A DNA stretch of 64,000 nucleotides from Nitrospirota bacterium (GCA_963737155.1 CAVTRN010000002.1:1376001-1440000), one strand, 5' to 3'. Counted from the first letter of the stretch, positions 21,283-31,243 are shown. A program made the numbers and translations. The notes: generated by a model from the letters alone, not told the origin.

Positions 21283-22960
21283 TAAGGATAACAAGGCCAA
21301 GAGCGGCAAAAGTGAAACACTTTCTTTTACCGCTCAAACTTTGCTGATTGACATGTCTTACCTGGACACAAAGAAGTCTCTTTATCATGTTCTTGACGAT
21401 ATCGGCGACTCATACGGGCACATCAAACGCTCTCTCTTTAAAGACAGCGTTCGTTCCGGCAACAAACCCATTTCATTCAAAAATGAGTATCTTGTCAGGT
21501 ATGGTATCACCGCCCGGCAGTTTAACGCTATCCGCTACGATCTTGACGGCAATATCAGCTCCGCGGTTGAGGTATTAAAACTACGGATTGAAAAGCTCGA
21601 GCACAAAATAAAATCTGCGAGAAAATGGATTAAAACCAGAGAGAACAGTATCATTGACATACGCAAAGACAAAAAATTGTCCGAATATGAGAAAACGCCC
21701 AGCGTGAAGTCTCTCCGTTTTGCGGTCCATAACAAAAAACGGAAGCTCCATTCATCGGAGCAGAAACTGGAAAAGCTGAAATACGATTTGGACAAAGGCC
21801 GAATCAGGATTTGCTTTGGGACAAAGAAACTTTTCCACAAGCAGTTTAACCTTTCTGAAAACGGTTATAAATCCCACAATAACTGGCTGTCTGCCTGGAA
21901 GGCTGCCCGAAGCTCTTCATCGTTTTGTCTGGGATCGAAGGATGAAACGGCCGGCAACCAGACCTGCACGCTTGGCGTCGACGGGTCGCTCAGGATACGG
22001 GTCCCAAACTATCTTGCCAAAAAATACGGTAAACACATCATGGTGCCTACCGTAACATATCCTTACGGGCAGGAATATATTGAGCAGGCGCTCCTGTGCG
22101 GCCAGGCAATCACCCACCGGTTTGTCCGTGGCGAGAAAGGTTGGTATCTGTATTCATCGGTTGATATCCCCCAAAGAGAAACAGTAACCGGGAAACCGCA
22201 AGAAATCGGATGTATTGGTATAGATGTAAACGAAAAAGAGATTGCTGTTTCCGAGACTGACCGGTTCGGCAATTTTGTCTGGCACACAACGTATGCTGCA
22301 TGTATAAAAGACAGAACCACGGAACAGACCGAGGCAACTTACGGTGATATCTGCGTCGGCATTATCGACCGGTCAATTAAAACAGGGAAACCCGTCGCTC
22401 ATGAAACTCTTGACTTCGAAAAGAAGAAAGCATCTCTTAAAGAACAGGGAGTAACGTATGCGCGGATGCTATCCGGGTTCGCCTATTCCACCTTTTTAAA
22501 CATGCTTGACCGCAGAGCATATAAGGCAGGCGTCGGTGTGCTCTCCGTGAATCCTGCTTACACATCCGTTATCGGAAGAAACAATTATATGTCTTTTCAT
22601 GGCATCTCGCCGCATGAAGCAGCGGCGCTTGCTATCGCGAGAAGAGTTCAAGGATATTCCGAGTCTCCCATACCAAGCAGAACCGCCTCCCCTCTACCTG
22701 TAAGGAATCGAGAGGAGTACATCTGGAAGTTTTGGAGCAAGATGAGGACTCGGGGAGGTTGTGGAAATCATCACAGTCTCTACCAACGACGGTCCTTACA
22801 GGACTCCCCAGGCTGCGCTGAATTGCAGAAGAAGCCATCATCCCGTCGACAGCGCAATTCTCCGGGCCACCTGCCAGCAGCAGTCTTGCTAAAAAGGCGC
22901 CAGAAACAATCCCGATCAGCAAACAACGGGACTTGGGTGAATCAGGGCGGGAATCCCTGA
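21272..22960 (+). CDS. tnpB: IS607-associated TnpB-related protein (562 aa)
   Basis: FGTKKLF, GSKDETAGNQ, RuvC-I GIDVN, RuvC-II ETLDF, VNPAYTSVIG, HEAAALAIARR. Confidence 0.9.
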   Translation: MASNKDNKAKSGKSETLSFTAQTLLIDMSYLDTKKSLYHVLDDIGDSYGHIKRSLFKDSVRSGNKPISFKNEYLVRYGITARQFNAIRYDLDGNISSAVEVLKLRIEKLEHKIKSARKWIKTRENSIIDIRKDKKLSEYEKTPSVKSLRFAVHNKKRKLHSSEQKLEKLKYDLDKGRIRICFGTKKLFHKQFNLSENGYKSHNNWLSAWKAARSSSSFCLGSKDETAGNQTCTLGVDGSLRIRVPNYLAKKYGKHIMVPTVTYPYGQEYIEQALLCGQAITHRFVRGEKGWYLYSSVDIPQRETVTGKPQEIGCIGIDVNEKEIAVSETDRFGNFVWHTTYAACIKDRTTEQTEATYGDICVGIIDRSIKTGKPVAHETLDFEKKKASLKEQGVTYARMLSGFAYSTFLNMLDRRAYKAGVGVLSVNPAYTSVIGRNNYMSFHGISPHEAAALAIARRVQGYSESPIPSRTASPLPVRNREEYIWKFWSKMRTRGGCGNHHSLYQRRSLQDSPGCAELQKKPSSRRQRNSPGHLPAAVLLKRRQKQSRSANNGTWVNQGGNP

Positions 22961-23046
22961 CGTTAACCGGCAGCAGCACTGTTCGGCTGCCGTCATAGTT
23001 ATGAGAAATAAAATACTATGTTTTTAGGAACGGTTGAGAGCGCGAA

Positions 23047-23826
23047 ATGAGTGACCATGCGTCCGGCTCTCGACGGCAAGATTGGGAGCCGGCTGTGGAT
23101 ATCGTTATTGCCAGAAAACTCATAAAGGATTATAACGGATTTCGGGCTGTGGATGGCATTGATTTCGCGATTAACGGCGGCGAATGCTTCGGCTTCCTTG
23201 GACCGAACGGTGCGGGGAAGACCACAGTCATGCGGATGATCTCCTGTTTCATGCCACCGACGACCGGGTCGGTGTCGATATTCAGCCTTGACTCGGCTAA
23301 ACAACCGAGCGAAATCAAATCGAGGATAGGAGTCATGCCTCAGGATAACAACCTTGATCCCGACCTCTCGGCAATCGAGAACCTTATGGTTTACGGACGG
23401 TACTTCGATATCAGAAAAAAAGAATCTCTCCGGCTCTCACGTGTGCTGCTCGAATTTGTTGAACTTCAGGACAAGGCTGGAGCGAAGATCGACCAGCTCT
23501 CTGGGGGGATGAAGCGCCGCCTTCTGCTTGCACGCTCCCTCATGAATACCCCGGAAATACTGATCCTCGACGAGCCTACGACCGGCCTCGATCCGCACAG
23601 CAGACGTGCTGTCTGGGACAAGCTCAATCATCTGAAAAAAAAAGGCACGACGCTTCTGCTGACGACCCATTATATGGAGGAAGCGGAAAAACTCTGCGAT
23701 CGCGTTGCAATCATGGATTCGGGAAAGATCGTTACCATTGATTCGCCTTCTCATCTCATGAAACTTCATGGCAGTAACCTCGAAGACGTCTATCTCAAAC
23801 TGACGGGGAGGAGCCTTGCGGATTAA
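23047..23826 (+). CDS. ABC-2 exporter ATP-binding subunit (NodI-like)
   Basis: [42 protein letters not shown]. Confidence 0.95.
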   Translation: MSDHASGSRRQDWEPAVDIVIARKLIKDYNGFRAVDGIDFAINGGECFGFLGPNGAGKTTVMRMISCFMPPTTGSVSIFSLDSAKQPSEIKSRIGVMPQDNNLDPDLSAIENLMVYGRYFDIRKKESLRLSRVLLEFVELQDKAGAKIDQLSGGMKRRLLLARSLMNTPEILILDEPTTGLDPHSRRAVWDKLNHLKKKGTTLLLTTHYMEEAEKLCDRVAIMDSGKIVTIDSPSHLMKLHGSNLEDVYLKLTGRSLAD

Positions 23827-24571
23827 TCGCGCATTCAGCGTTTGGCAGCGGCACTGGCTCGTTTATACTAAATTATACAAGACGAGCTTTGCGCTGAATT
23901 TCGCTGAGCCGGCGCTGTATCTTGTTGCCATGGGACTGGGACTCGGTTCCTTCGTGAAAGACATTCACGGACAGCCTTACATCAAATATATCGCGCCCGG
24001 GATCGTGGCTTCGTCCTCCGTTTTCGCCGCTGTTTATGAGTGCACCTACGGCACCTATATAAGAATGACTTTTCAGAAAACCTTCGATGCTATTCTTGCC
24101 ACTCCTGTAAACCTGGACGATCTCATAGCGGGGGAGCTTGTTTGGGGTGCGACCAAAAGTGTAATCTTTGGAATCACCATAGCGATTGTAATAGCCCTGT
24201 TCGGGCTTGCTGAATCTCCACTCATCATATTCGTCATCCCCTTTATCTTTTTGGGTGGGTTGATATTCGCCGAACTGTCCATTATTTTTTGCGCAATTGT
24301 CCCGGGGATTGATTCATTCAGTTATTTTTATACACTTTTCATGACTCCGCTTTTTCTATTTTCTGGCATTTTTTTTCCTCTTGATAGTATGCCGCGCCTG
24401 GTCGCCGATTTCGCATATTTTACACCACTCTATCACCTGGTGATTGTCTGCCGGGCACTTAACTCGGGCTCCGTCGCCAATGCCCTCGGGAGCATTATCT
24501 GGCTTATTGTGGCTGTTGTGGTCCTTGCCCCTCTCCCATTTAAGCTTATGAGAAAAAAGATAATCATGTGA
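23816..24571 (+). CDS. ABC-2 exporter permease (NodJ-like)
   Basis: EP.LYL..MG.GLG, YI.YIAPG, FSGIFFPL, PLYH; overlaps the ATPase gene. Confidence 0.93.
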   Translation: MRINRAFSVWQRHWLVYTKLYKTSFALNFAEPALYLVAMGLGLGSFVKDIHGQPYIKYIAPGIVASSSVFAAVYECTYGTYIRMTFQKTFDAILATPVNLDDLIAGELVWGATKSVIFGITIAIVIALFGLAESPLIIFVIPFIFLGGLIFAELSIIFCAIVPGIDSFSYFYTLFMTPLFLFSGIFFPLDSMPRLVADFAYFTPLYHLVIVCRALNSGSVANALGSIIWLIVAVVVLAPLPFKLMRKKIIM

Positions 24572-25074
24572 GGTAAGGCCACTCTGAAGACGTCAGGATA
24601 TCCATGAACAACGTATTCCCGTCGCGGGCTAGCTTCATCACGAGGAATTGACGATCATGAAAAAAAATACTGCAGTGCTCAAGTGAATACTGTTTGACGG
24701 GCGATCTATTCCTTAGCGGTCTCGAACGCCCACATGCTCGGCATCAATATTATGATATTATTTATATATTTTTTGGCAACCTATTACTGCTGCCGGGCAA
24801 GATCATCGCTTCCAACTCTAAGAAAATATCGCAGGAATCAAACGTGGTCCACATCCCTGGTGGAAACGATCGGGATAATACTATATACGGTCGCCCGTAA
24901 AAAAAATGAATCAAACTGAAAAAGCATCGTTGCGATCATGTTTTCCATGTATCATCAGCGAGCCCATATTTCTCAGAGCCATCGAGCGTCAGGAAAATAA
25001 AGGCCCCGTTGAAAGTGTGGAAATAATAAAAGCCCAGTGTACTCAGTCCAGAGTGCTGGGCAACATAACTTTAT

Positions 25075-25219
25075 AAAACAGTCCTGAAATACCCGGCAGC
25101 TCTGCTGCTGGGATGAAAAGGACATCCTGGCGAAGCCAGGATAAGCTTTAGCCTTTTTGTTGTGCTTTTTTTTGGGTTTCAAGTTACGATGCCTCGCAGC
25201 TTGCTGCGGGGTAATTCAC
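25075..25219 (+). mobile_element. Non-autonomous IS200/IS605-end element (PATE-like), family B copy 2
   Basis: Follows TTTAT. Left hairpin CCCGGCAGC..GCTGCTGGG; right end CCTCGCAGCTTGCTGCGGGGTAATTCAC. Confidence 0.65.
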
Positions 25220-26082
25220 TATTTTGATAGAAACTTGTATACTGCCGAAAAATCCATTTCTCCCAATCCGTTTTTAACTGCTAGAGCATAGATTTCTTTT
25301 GCCAGATTCGACATTGGTAATGCAACGCCTGCTTCGTAAGCGGTATCTGACGCAAGCTGTAAATCCTTGTGCATCCATTGAAGCGGAAACTCCGTATCGA
25401 ACTTGCCTTCCTCCATCTTTGAGCGCTTCATGGATAGGAACGGAGCAGCCACGGGAGAACTGAGCAGGGTATCGAGGAGTTGGCCCTTGGCTATCCCCAG
25501 TGCTTCGCCGAGAATGATCGCTTCCGAGAAAGCCACCATCTCCTGGGCCAGGATCACATTATTCACCATTTTCATGGAGGTTCCCATTCCGTTTCCTCCG
25601 ATATGAAAGACCGACTTGCCCATTGCTTCGAAGAGTGGACGGGCTTCCTCAACATCGGATTTATCGCCCCCTACGAGGAATACAAGCTGGCCCTGTTCGG
25701 CCGGTCCTTTTGACCCGGCGACTGGCGCGTCGATAAAGCGTATCCTCCGCTGATGGGCCTCGGAAGCCATGAGACGCGAGAATGAGGGATTAACGGTGCT
25801 GCAATCGATCCAGAGCGAATTGACGGCGAGCGTGTTGAGAAATCCGCTACGCCCGAGCAAGGCTGTTTCAGCCACTGCATCAGGTTTTGAAAGCATCGTG
25901 ATAATCGTTTTTACCTGACGAGCCACATCAGCCGGAGTAGCCGCCCATAGCGCCCCTCGCGCGGTGAGCAGATCCGCTTTCTGTCTTGTTCTGTTATAAA
26001 CGACCAGTTCATGTCCTTTTTTCTGGAGATTCTCCGCCATGCGGATGCCCATGATTCCCAAACCTATGAAACCGATCTTCAT
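25219..26082 (-). CDS. NAD(P)-dependent beta-hydroxyacid dehydrogenase (3-hydroxyisobutyrate dehydrogenase family)
   Basis: MKIGFIGLGIMG, VYNRT, DAPVAGS, GTSMKMVNN, KDL.LA. Confidence 0.93.
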   Translation of the reverse strand: MKIGFIGLGIMGIRMAENLQKKGHELVVYNRTRQKADLLTARGALWAATPADVARQVKTIITMLSKPDAVAETALLGRSGFLNTLAVNSLWIDCSTVNPSFSRLMASEAHQRRIRFIDAPVAGSKGPAEQGQLVFLVGGDKSDVEEARPLFEAMGKSVFHIGGNGMGTSMKMVNNVILAQEMVAFSEAIILGEALGIAKGQLLDTLLSSPVAAPFLSMKRSKMEEGKFDTEFPLQWMHKDLQLASDTAYEAGVALPMSNLAKEIYALAVKNGLGEMDFSAVYKFLSK

Positions 26083-26437
26083 GTAGACCTCCTGTTCTCG
26101 AGAGTAGAAAATCATACAAGGTGCGTACCAGGGCCGTCTGCAATATAAACCACGACGGCGTGAGGGTTTAATCCGCGTTTAATGTTTTCTTCGCGTCTTT
26201 TGCGACATTGCAGCAACGATTTAAGTTATTTACGAAGTTGTCTTAAAGATAAGTCCCGGCTTTATTCACAGTCGCTTCTTTACGGCTTATTCACACTGTC
26301 TTTTTGTAAGATGATTAGGCTCGTGCATTTATTGCGTCCTAAGGATTTCTGGAGGCTTCGGACTGAATACGGGGTTTCGCGTTCCTTTGCCAGTCTCCAC
26401 TCCTGTCTCACGTCAAATCGCATTAATTGTACATTAT

Positions 26438-26575
26438 CAAAAGCGAAGCAGAAGACCTCGGCGTTAGCCCGTGGATGAATGCGTTCCTGTTGTCCCAGTC
26501 CACCTCAAGAGGGACTGATGATGGGGTGCTTTTGCGGTTTCAAAGTGCCACGGACATAAGCCCGAGGGTATATAT
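26438..26575 (+). mobile_element. Degenerate IS605-end-derived element (PATE-like), family C
   Basis: After TTAT. Left CCTCGGCGTTAGCCCGTGGATGAATGCG and right GCCACGGACATAAGCCCGAGG are related hairpins. Confidence 0.4.
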
Positions 26576-26677
26576 TTGACGAGCTAGTCGTTATTCATGA
26601 GATTGCATCCTGCGCCTTGTTTAATTTTGTACGTTCTGCACCTTGACAAATGATTCGGAAGGAGCAAAAATTATACT

Positions 26678-27529
26678 ATGAATACTCGAGTGGCAAGCGG
26701 ATTGTTTTTCCTGTTTATTTTCCTGGTAATTGCACTGACAACGGCAGAGGTTGGGTCTAAACAAGTGTATCAGGTTGACAAGAGAAAGATTATATCTTTC
26801 AACCAGATGATCAGCGATGTGAAAAAAGCCGACTTTGTTATTATTGGTGAAGTACATGATGATCCTGATCATCACCGCTTGGAGCTGGCAATTATCAGAG
26901 CGCTCCATGAATCGGACGTGCCGCTTGCAATTGGTCTAGAGATGTTCAGAGCCGACAGTCAGAGGGCTCTGGACGAATGGGTTCGCGGATCGTTAACGCT
27001 TGATGGTTTTCTGCCTCTTTACTACGACAACTGGCGCATGGCCTGGCCGATGTACCGGGACATATTTACCTATGCTAGGGAACATCGGATTCCTCTTGTG
27101 GGGCTAAATATTTCCGACAAGATAGTTGCGACTGTGGCAAAAAAAGGGTTCGCGTCGCTCACGAAAAAAGAGCGACAAATGCTTCCCCGTGGTATCAGTT
27201 GTAATGTGGATCCAACCTATATGAATTTCATTAGAGAGGCTTACGCCGGTCATCCCAACGAAACGGACAAGTTGTTTCTAAATTTCTGTGAAGCTCAGAT
27301 GGTCTGGGACAAAAGCATGGCGGCAAACCTGATTGATTATCGAAAACTGCATCCGTCCCAAACTGTAGTAGTTCTTGCCGGTGTAGGGCATGCCTGGAAA
27401 CGGGGGATTCCCGAACAACTTGCCCAGGAATCAAAGTATTCTGTTAAAACCGCGCTACCGCTTGTGCCGGGCCAAATTGAGAAGGACACTGTCACCGTGA
27501 ATGACGCGGATTATATACTGCTGAACTGA
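26678..27529 (+). CDS. ChaN-family (haem-uptake/Tiki) periplasmic protein
   Basis: IGEVHD..DHH, IGLEMF, EAQMVWDKSMA, VLAG.GH; N-terminal signal/TM. Confidence 0.9.
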   Translation: MNTRVASGLFFLFIFLVIALTTAEVGSKQVYQVDKRKIISFNQMISDVKKADFVIIGEVHDDPDHHRLELAIIRALHESDVPLAIGLEMFRADSQRALDEWVRGSLTLDGFLPLYYDNWRMAWPMYRDIFTYAREHRIPLVGLNISDKIVATVAKKGFASLTKKERQMLPRGISCNVDPTYMNFIREAYAGHPNETDKLFLNFCEAQMVWDKSMAANLIDYRKLHPSQTVVVLAGVGHAWKRGIPEQLAQESKYSVKTALPLVPGQIEKDTVTVNDADYILLN

Positions 27530-27638
27530 TTTCTCTTCATCAGCCGCATGATCTTGGAATACCGCCAGCCATTAGAGAATGGCTGATCTTCTCTCGTAAA
27601 TCGAACAGAGCAATTATTGATTATACGAGAGCTTCTGC

Positions 27639-27923
27639 CTATTTAACCCTTCTCATAAACTCTCCGACAGGGACCGCCGGGAGCGATATAAGTTGCACTG
27701 AACCTCGAGAGCCTATCTCGACGGACATCTTCAAAACCGTTTCGTTGTCCGGTGCTTCAACGATATTCACAAAATCATAATTACCCATGAGCGCATATTG
27801 TTGAAGAATTTTTACACCCATAGCTTCGATTTCCCGGTTCACTTCCAAAATTCGTTCCGGTTTCTGCTTTATGGTGCGCCTGCCTTCGTCGGTAAGATTG
27901 CTCAGGATCACGTAATACGGCAT
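27639..27923 (-). CDS. GYD domain protein
   Basis: MP.Y..L..LT.EG, YALMGNYDFV.IVEAPD. Confidence 0.9.
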   Translation of the reverse strand: MPYYVILSNLTDEGRRTIKQKPERILEVNREIEAMGVKILQQYALMGNYDFVNIVEAPDNETVLKMSVEIGSRGSVQLISLPAVPVGEFMRRVK

Positions 27924-28196
27924 TATTGCTGTCCTTTCCTGAGAAGTACTGATTTAGAATGCATCCGATGGCCAAGAAATACCATGATTTAATTATAGCT
28001 TTATTTTGCCAGTTCCGTATGATACTGCGTTTTTTATCGCAAGCGTGTATCTATTTGATATATATTGAATATGATTGAGCATGCTAAAAAGCGATCGGCA
28101 AACCATCCATTTATACCGGAGGTAAAGCATTAGTAACTGACCACAGTTTACTCCCTTTCGCCCCGTTTAGTGAAATCTCTGCAATGAATTTATGGA

Positions 28197-28271
28197 ATCG
28201 GGTGGGTAGGGAGCCTTACGGCTTCTTTTTCCCCTCAGAACTGTATATGAGAGTTCTCTCTCACACACCTC
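28197..28271 (-). mobile_element. Group II intron 3' remnant (domains V and VI)
   Basis: Minus strand: 34-nt GAGGTGTGTGAGAGAGAACTCTCATATACAGTTC (DV), then TGAGGGG...GCCGTAAGGC...CTACCCACCCGAT (DVI, ending AT). Confidence 0.65.
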
Positions 28272-29006
28272 AAGTTCCTTTCAAGGAAACCCTGGTGTAG
28301 ATCCTCACGATTCAAATTAAAGTCGCTTCACGATATTTGCGGGCTGTCAATATGATGAAGCCTAAAGGGACACCGATGCTGAACTGAAGCTCGGTATTGT
28401 CATTTGTATACCTTTCGTATATTGATTCATACTATGTTCTCGTGACGAAGAACCTGCCAATTGAGCTACTTTAGAAAGTCCCTCATTAATCGGGGATATC
28501 CATACCATACAGCAGGACCTTCGCTTTTTTTTATGGAATCTCAATCCAGCCATCTACCAGCATTCACAGCTTGCCTTACTGTTGCCTGACCGAATTACTT
28601 CGCGGCGAAGGTACTCGGGTATCACGTTCCTCATAAATGATCTTCGCGTGAATTAGGTGTGTCATTGACACCGGTGGTAATGCAGTTTCATGCAGGTACA
28701 GTATAGACCTGCAGTCAGCCATTTGCCATTCGCACAGGGGATGCGCGAAGCCGAATGCGTGGGGAAACCCAAACCATAAGTTTTACATGATTGCCCAAGG
28801 TAAACGCTGTGTGAAAAAAATCATCTCGCACGGTTCCGACGAACAGGGGGAATCTTGCAACAAACGTCCTTTCAGCGTTTTACCGAGTGCAATAATTTCC
28901 CTTGACTCATAACACAGAATAGGATTAGGCTATTTTTATTTTTCTTGATTTCAGGAAAGGCTTATGTTATAGATGATTAAGGAAAGGTCATAGGTGAGGC
29001 AAAACC

Positions 29007-29189
29007 ATGAAGCGAGAAGGAGCAAAATTCAAAAAACAGCATCCTTCGGCTGGTTTAAAAGAAAAGCCCATGTGCGGAACCCTGTCCTATCTTGCTGAAT
29101 GCCGCGGCATGGTACAATGGGCCGGTTCAAACAGGTGGCCGGAGCATCCCAGCGATGTGAAAAAAATTGTACGAAAAATATCCCGCTGA
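29007..29189 (+). CDS. Small hypothetical protein
   Basis: 60 aa with RBS GAGG, followed directly by a terminator. Confidence 0.4.
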   Translation: MKREGAKFKKQHPSAGLKEKPMCGTLSYLAECRGMVQWAGSNRWPEHPSDVKKIVRKISR

Positions 29190-29211
29190 ATTCTAAGATG
29201 GCGGGTTTTTT
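29182..29211 (+). terminator. Intrinsic terminator
   Basis: CCCGCTG...TGGCGGG-TTTTTT. Confidence 0.55.
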
Positions 29212-29241
29212 AATTTGCCGGCAAAGGAGTTTAAATAAGTC

Positions 29242-29430
29242 GTGTGCGATCTTAAAGCCTACGTCAGGAAAAATAACAGAGAAGAGTTGCTGCTGGAGTC
29301 CGTCAATCATGTTCTTGTCGAGCATGGCGAGGTCACGTTTCGCAATCTTTTCGGTGAGGAAAAAAAAATCCGTGGCGAAGTGCGCGAGGTATCGCTTGTC
29401 AAGAATCGAATCATCGTTGAAGGAATTTAA
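29242..29430 (+). CDS. CooT-family nickel-binding protein
   Basis: MCDLKAY....EEL.LESV, NLFGEEK...G; RBS AAGGAG. Confidence 0.82.
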   Translation: MCDLKAYVRKNNREELLLESVNHVLVEHGEVTFRNLFGEEKKIRGEVREVSLVKNRIIVEGI

Positions 29431-29491
29431 AAAGAGCTTTATGCCCGCCTGGCCGATGTTTCACTGAAATTTCGCCTGAATGCCTCCAAGC

Positions 29492-30496
29492 CTAATTGGT
29501 TGAAAGAACTACAGCACGCCTTCTGACTTTTTGATCCACTCGTACGGCAATTTCATCCAGAGCGAATTCTTTTTTGATCAGTATCAAATTTTCGCGTTTC
29601 TGCCCGATGGCCGCTGATCTGTCAAGGGGGTTCACGCAAAAGACAGCGGTCTTTACTTGGCCGCCCGCGTTTATTAACGTCAACCGCATTTTCTCGTTTA
29701 AAATTAAGGAATCCACGAGCTGCCTGAATGCTGGGTGATACGGTCCGGCGAGTATGGTGCCAGGCTTTTCAAGTTCCTCGGTCGATTGGAGGCCCATGCG
29801 GATTACCTCAATTCCATGTTTCTCAAACCGTACAAAAGCTTCTAGACACATGGTCACAGCCGCTCCCAAGGTAAGCGGTCTGTAGCGCCCGCTCTTGTAA
29901 AGATTTTCGAGAGGGGTATTTTTTATAACGAGAGCGGGATAAAGCCGAACACTATCCGGTTTGAGCTCTAGGATCTTGGCGACGGTTTCTCGGAAAATGA
30001 CTTCCGAGTCTCCCGGCAGACCAGGCATCAACTGAAGGCCGACGGAAAATCCCTGTTGCCTGAGCAGCGTGAATGACTTTAATGTGTCTGCCGCCGTATG
30101 ACCGCGGTTCGAAAGCGAAAGCACCTCGTCATTCATGGACTGGACGCCAAGTTCGATTGTCTGAACGTGATATGACTTGAGGAGAGATAGGATTTCAACG
30201 TTGATGCAATCTGGCCTAGTTGACAGCCGGATTGTTCGAACGTGATTCGTGTACAAAAAGGGCTGAACCGCTTCCAGATATCGCTTCATCGTTTCCAGCG
30301 GCAGTGCGGTAAAACTCCCGCCATAAAATGCCACCTCTGCGGAAATTTCTGAAGAATGGGTGCTCAGATAGAGGCGGATTTTATCGGAGATAGTCGATGC
30401 ATCCTCAGGTTTGTTTTGGCCAGTGATTTTTTTCTGGTTACAAAACACACATTGGTGCGGACAGCCCGAGTGGGGAATAAAGAAGGGGATGATCAT
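29492..30496 (-). CDS. Radical SAM protein (Elp3/YhcC-like)
   Basis: CPHQCVFC, AFYGGSFT, STRPD, IELGVQS, GPYHPAF. Confidence 0.92.
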   Translation of the reverse strand: MIIPFFIPHSGCPHQCVFCNQKKITGQNKPEDASTISDKIRLYLSTHSSEISAEVAFYGGSFTALPLETMKRYLEAVQPFLYTNHVRTIRLSTRPDCINVEILSLLKSYHVQTIELGVQSMNDEVLSLSNRGHTAADTLKSFTLLRQQGFSVGLQLMPGLPGDSEVIFRETVAKILELKPDSVRLYPALVIKNTPLENLYKSGRYRPLTLGAAVTMCLEAFVRFEKHGIEVIRMGLQSTEELEKPGTILAGPYHPAFRQLVDSLILNEKMRLTLINAGGQVKTAVFCVNPLDRSAAIGQKRENLILIKKEFALDEIAVRVDQKVRRRAVVLSTN

Positions 30497-30546
30497 AGAG
30501 TCAGCAGGCGGAACGTAGGAGGTGGGGATGTAAATATTTACCCTCT

Positions 30547-31242
30547 CTACTGCCTATAGTTTCTGGTTAATTTATCCAGTGCTTCCTTCGCGGCTTTTTG
30601 TTCAGCTTCTTTTTTGTTTTTACCGATACCCCGGCCGTAGATCTCACCTTTGATTACCAGATCAATGGTGAATTGCTTAAAATGATCAGGACCGGTCTCG
30701 GCCGCGATGCGGTATTCGGGGAGCTGCTTCAATTGTTCCTGGCATAATTCCTGTATCTCCGTTTTATAGTCGAGCGTACTCCTTGATACGCAGGTTTTGT
30801 GTATCAGTTCCTCAAAAAAATGAATGACAAACTCTTTCGCTGCGATATTGCCACCGTCAAGATAAATAGAGGCGATCAACGCTTCGAGGCAGTCAGCAAG
30901 TAGCGAGTCCTTGTCTCTTCCACCGGTTTGCTCTTCGCCTCTTCCGAGCAGTAGGTAATTGCCAATGCCAATTTCACGGGCTATGGAGGCAAGGGCGGGT
31001 TCGCTCACCAGCGCAGCCCGAAGCCGGGAGAGATCGCCCTCGCTTGAGGCCGGGCACGCATTCATCATGTGTTCAGTGATGACCAGGCTTAGGACGGCAT
31101 CGCCCAGGAACTCGAGCCGCTCATTGTGGACGGACAGGCGATTTTCATTCGCGAAGGATTTGTGCGTCAGTGCCTGTTCGAGCAGCTCCCTATTCTCGAA
31201 GTGATAGCCGATGCGCTGTTGAATATCTAATAGGGGGGGCAT
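30547..31242 (-). CDS. rnc: Ribonuclease III
   Basis: ALTHKS, NERLEFLGDAVL, C-terminal dsRBD. Confidence 0.98.
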   Translation of the reverse strand: MPPLLDIQQRIGYHFENRELLEQALTHKSFANENRLSVHNERLEFLGDAVLSLVITEHMMNACPASSEGDLSRLRAALVSEPALASIAREIGIGNYLLLGRGEEQTGGRDKDSLLADCLEALIASIYLDGGNIAAKEFVIHFFEELIHKTCVSRSTLDYKTEIQELCQEQLKQLPEYRIAAETGPDHFKQFTIDLVIKGEIYGRGIGKNKKEAEQKAAKEALDKLTRNYRQ

Positions 31243-31243
31243 T

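Larger units (their letters stand above)
20658..23033 (+). mobile_element. IS607-family element (tnpA serine recombinase plus tnpB)
   Basis: Overlapping tnpA-tnpB. AT-rich repeated left end after a GG run. Right end with the hairpin GGCAGCAGCACTGTTCGGCTGCC, ending TAGGAACGG. Ends are approximate. Confidence 0.88.

Noticed and set aside
24604-24960. Small ORFs after the ABC permease
   Set aside because: Short and overlapping, with no clear RBS or motifs; probably decayed sequence.
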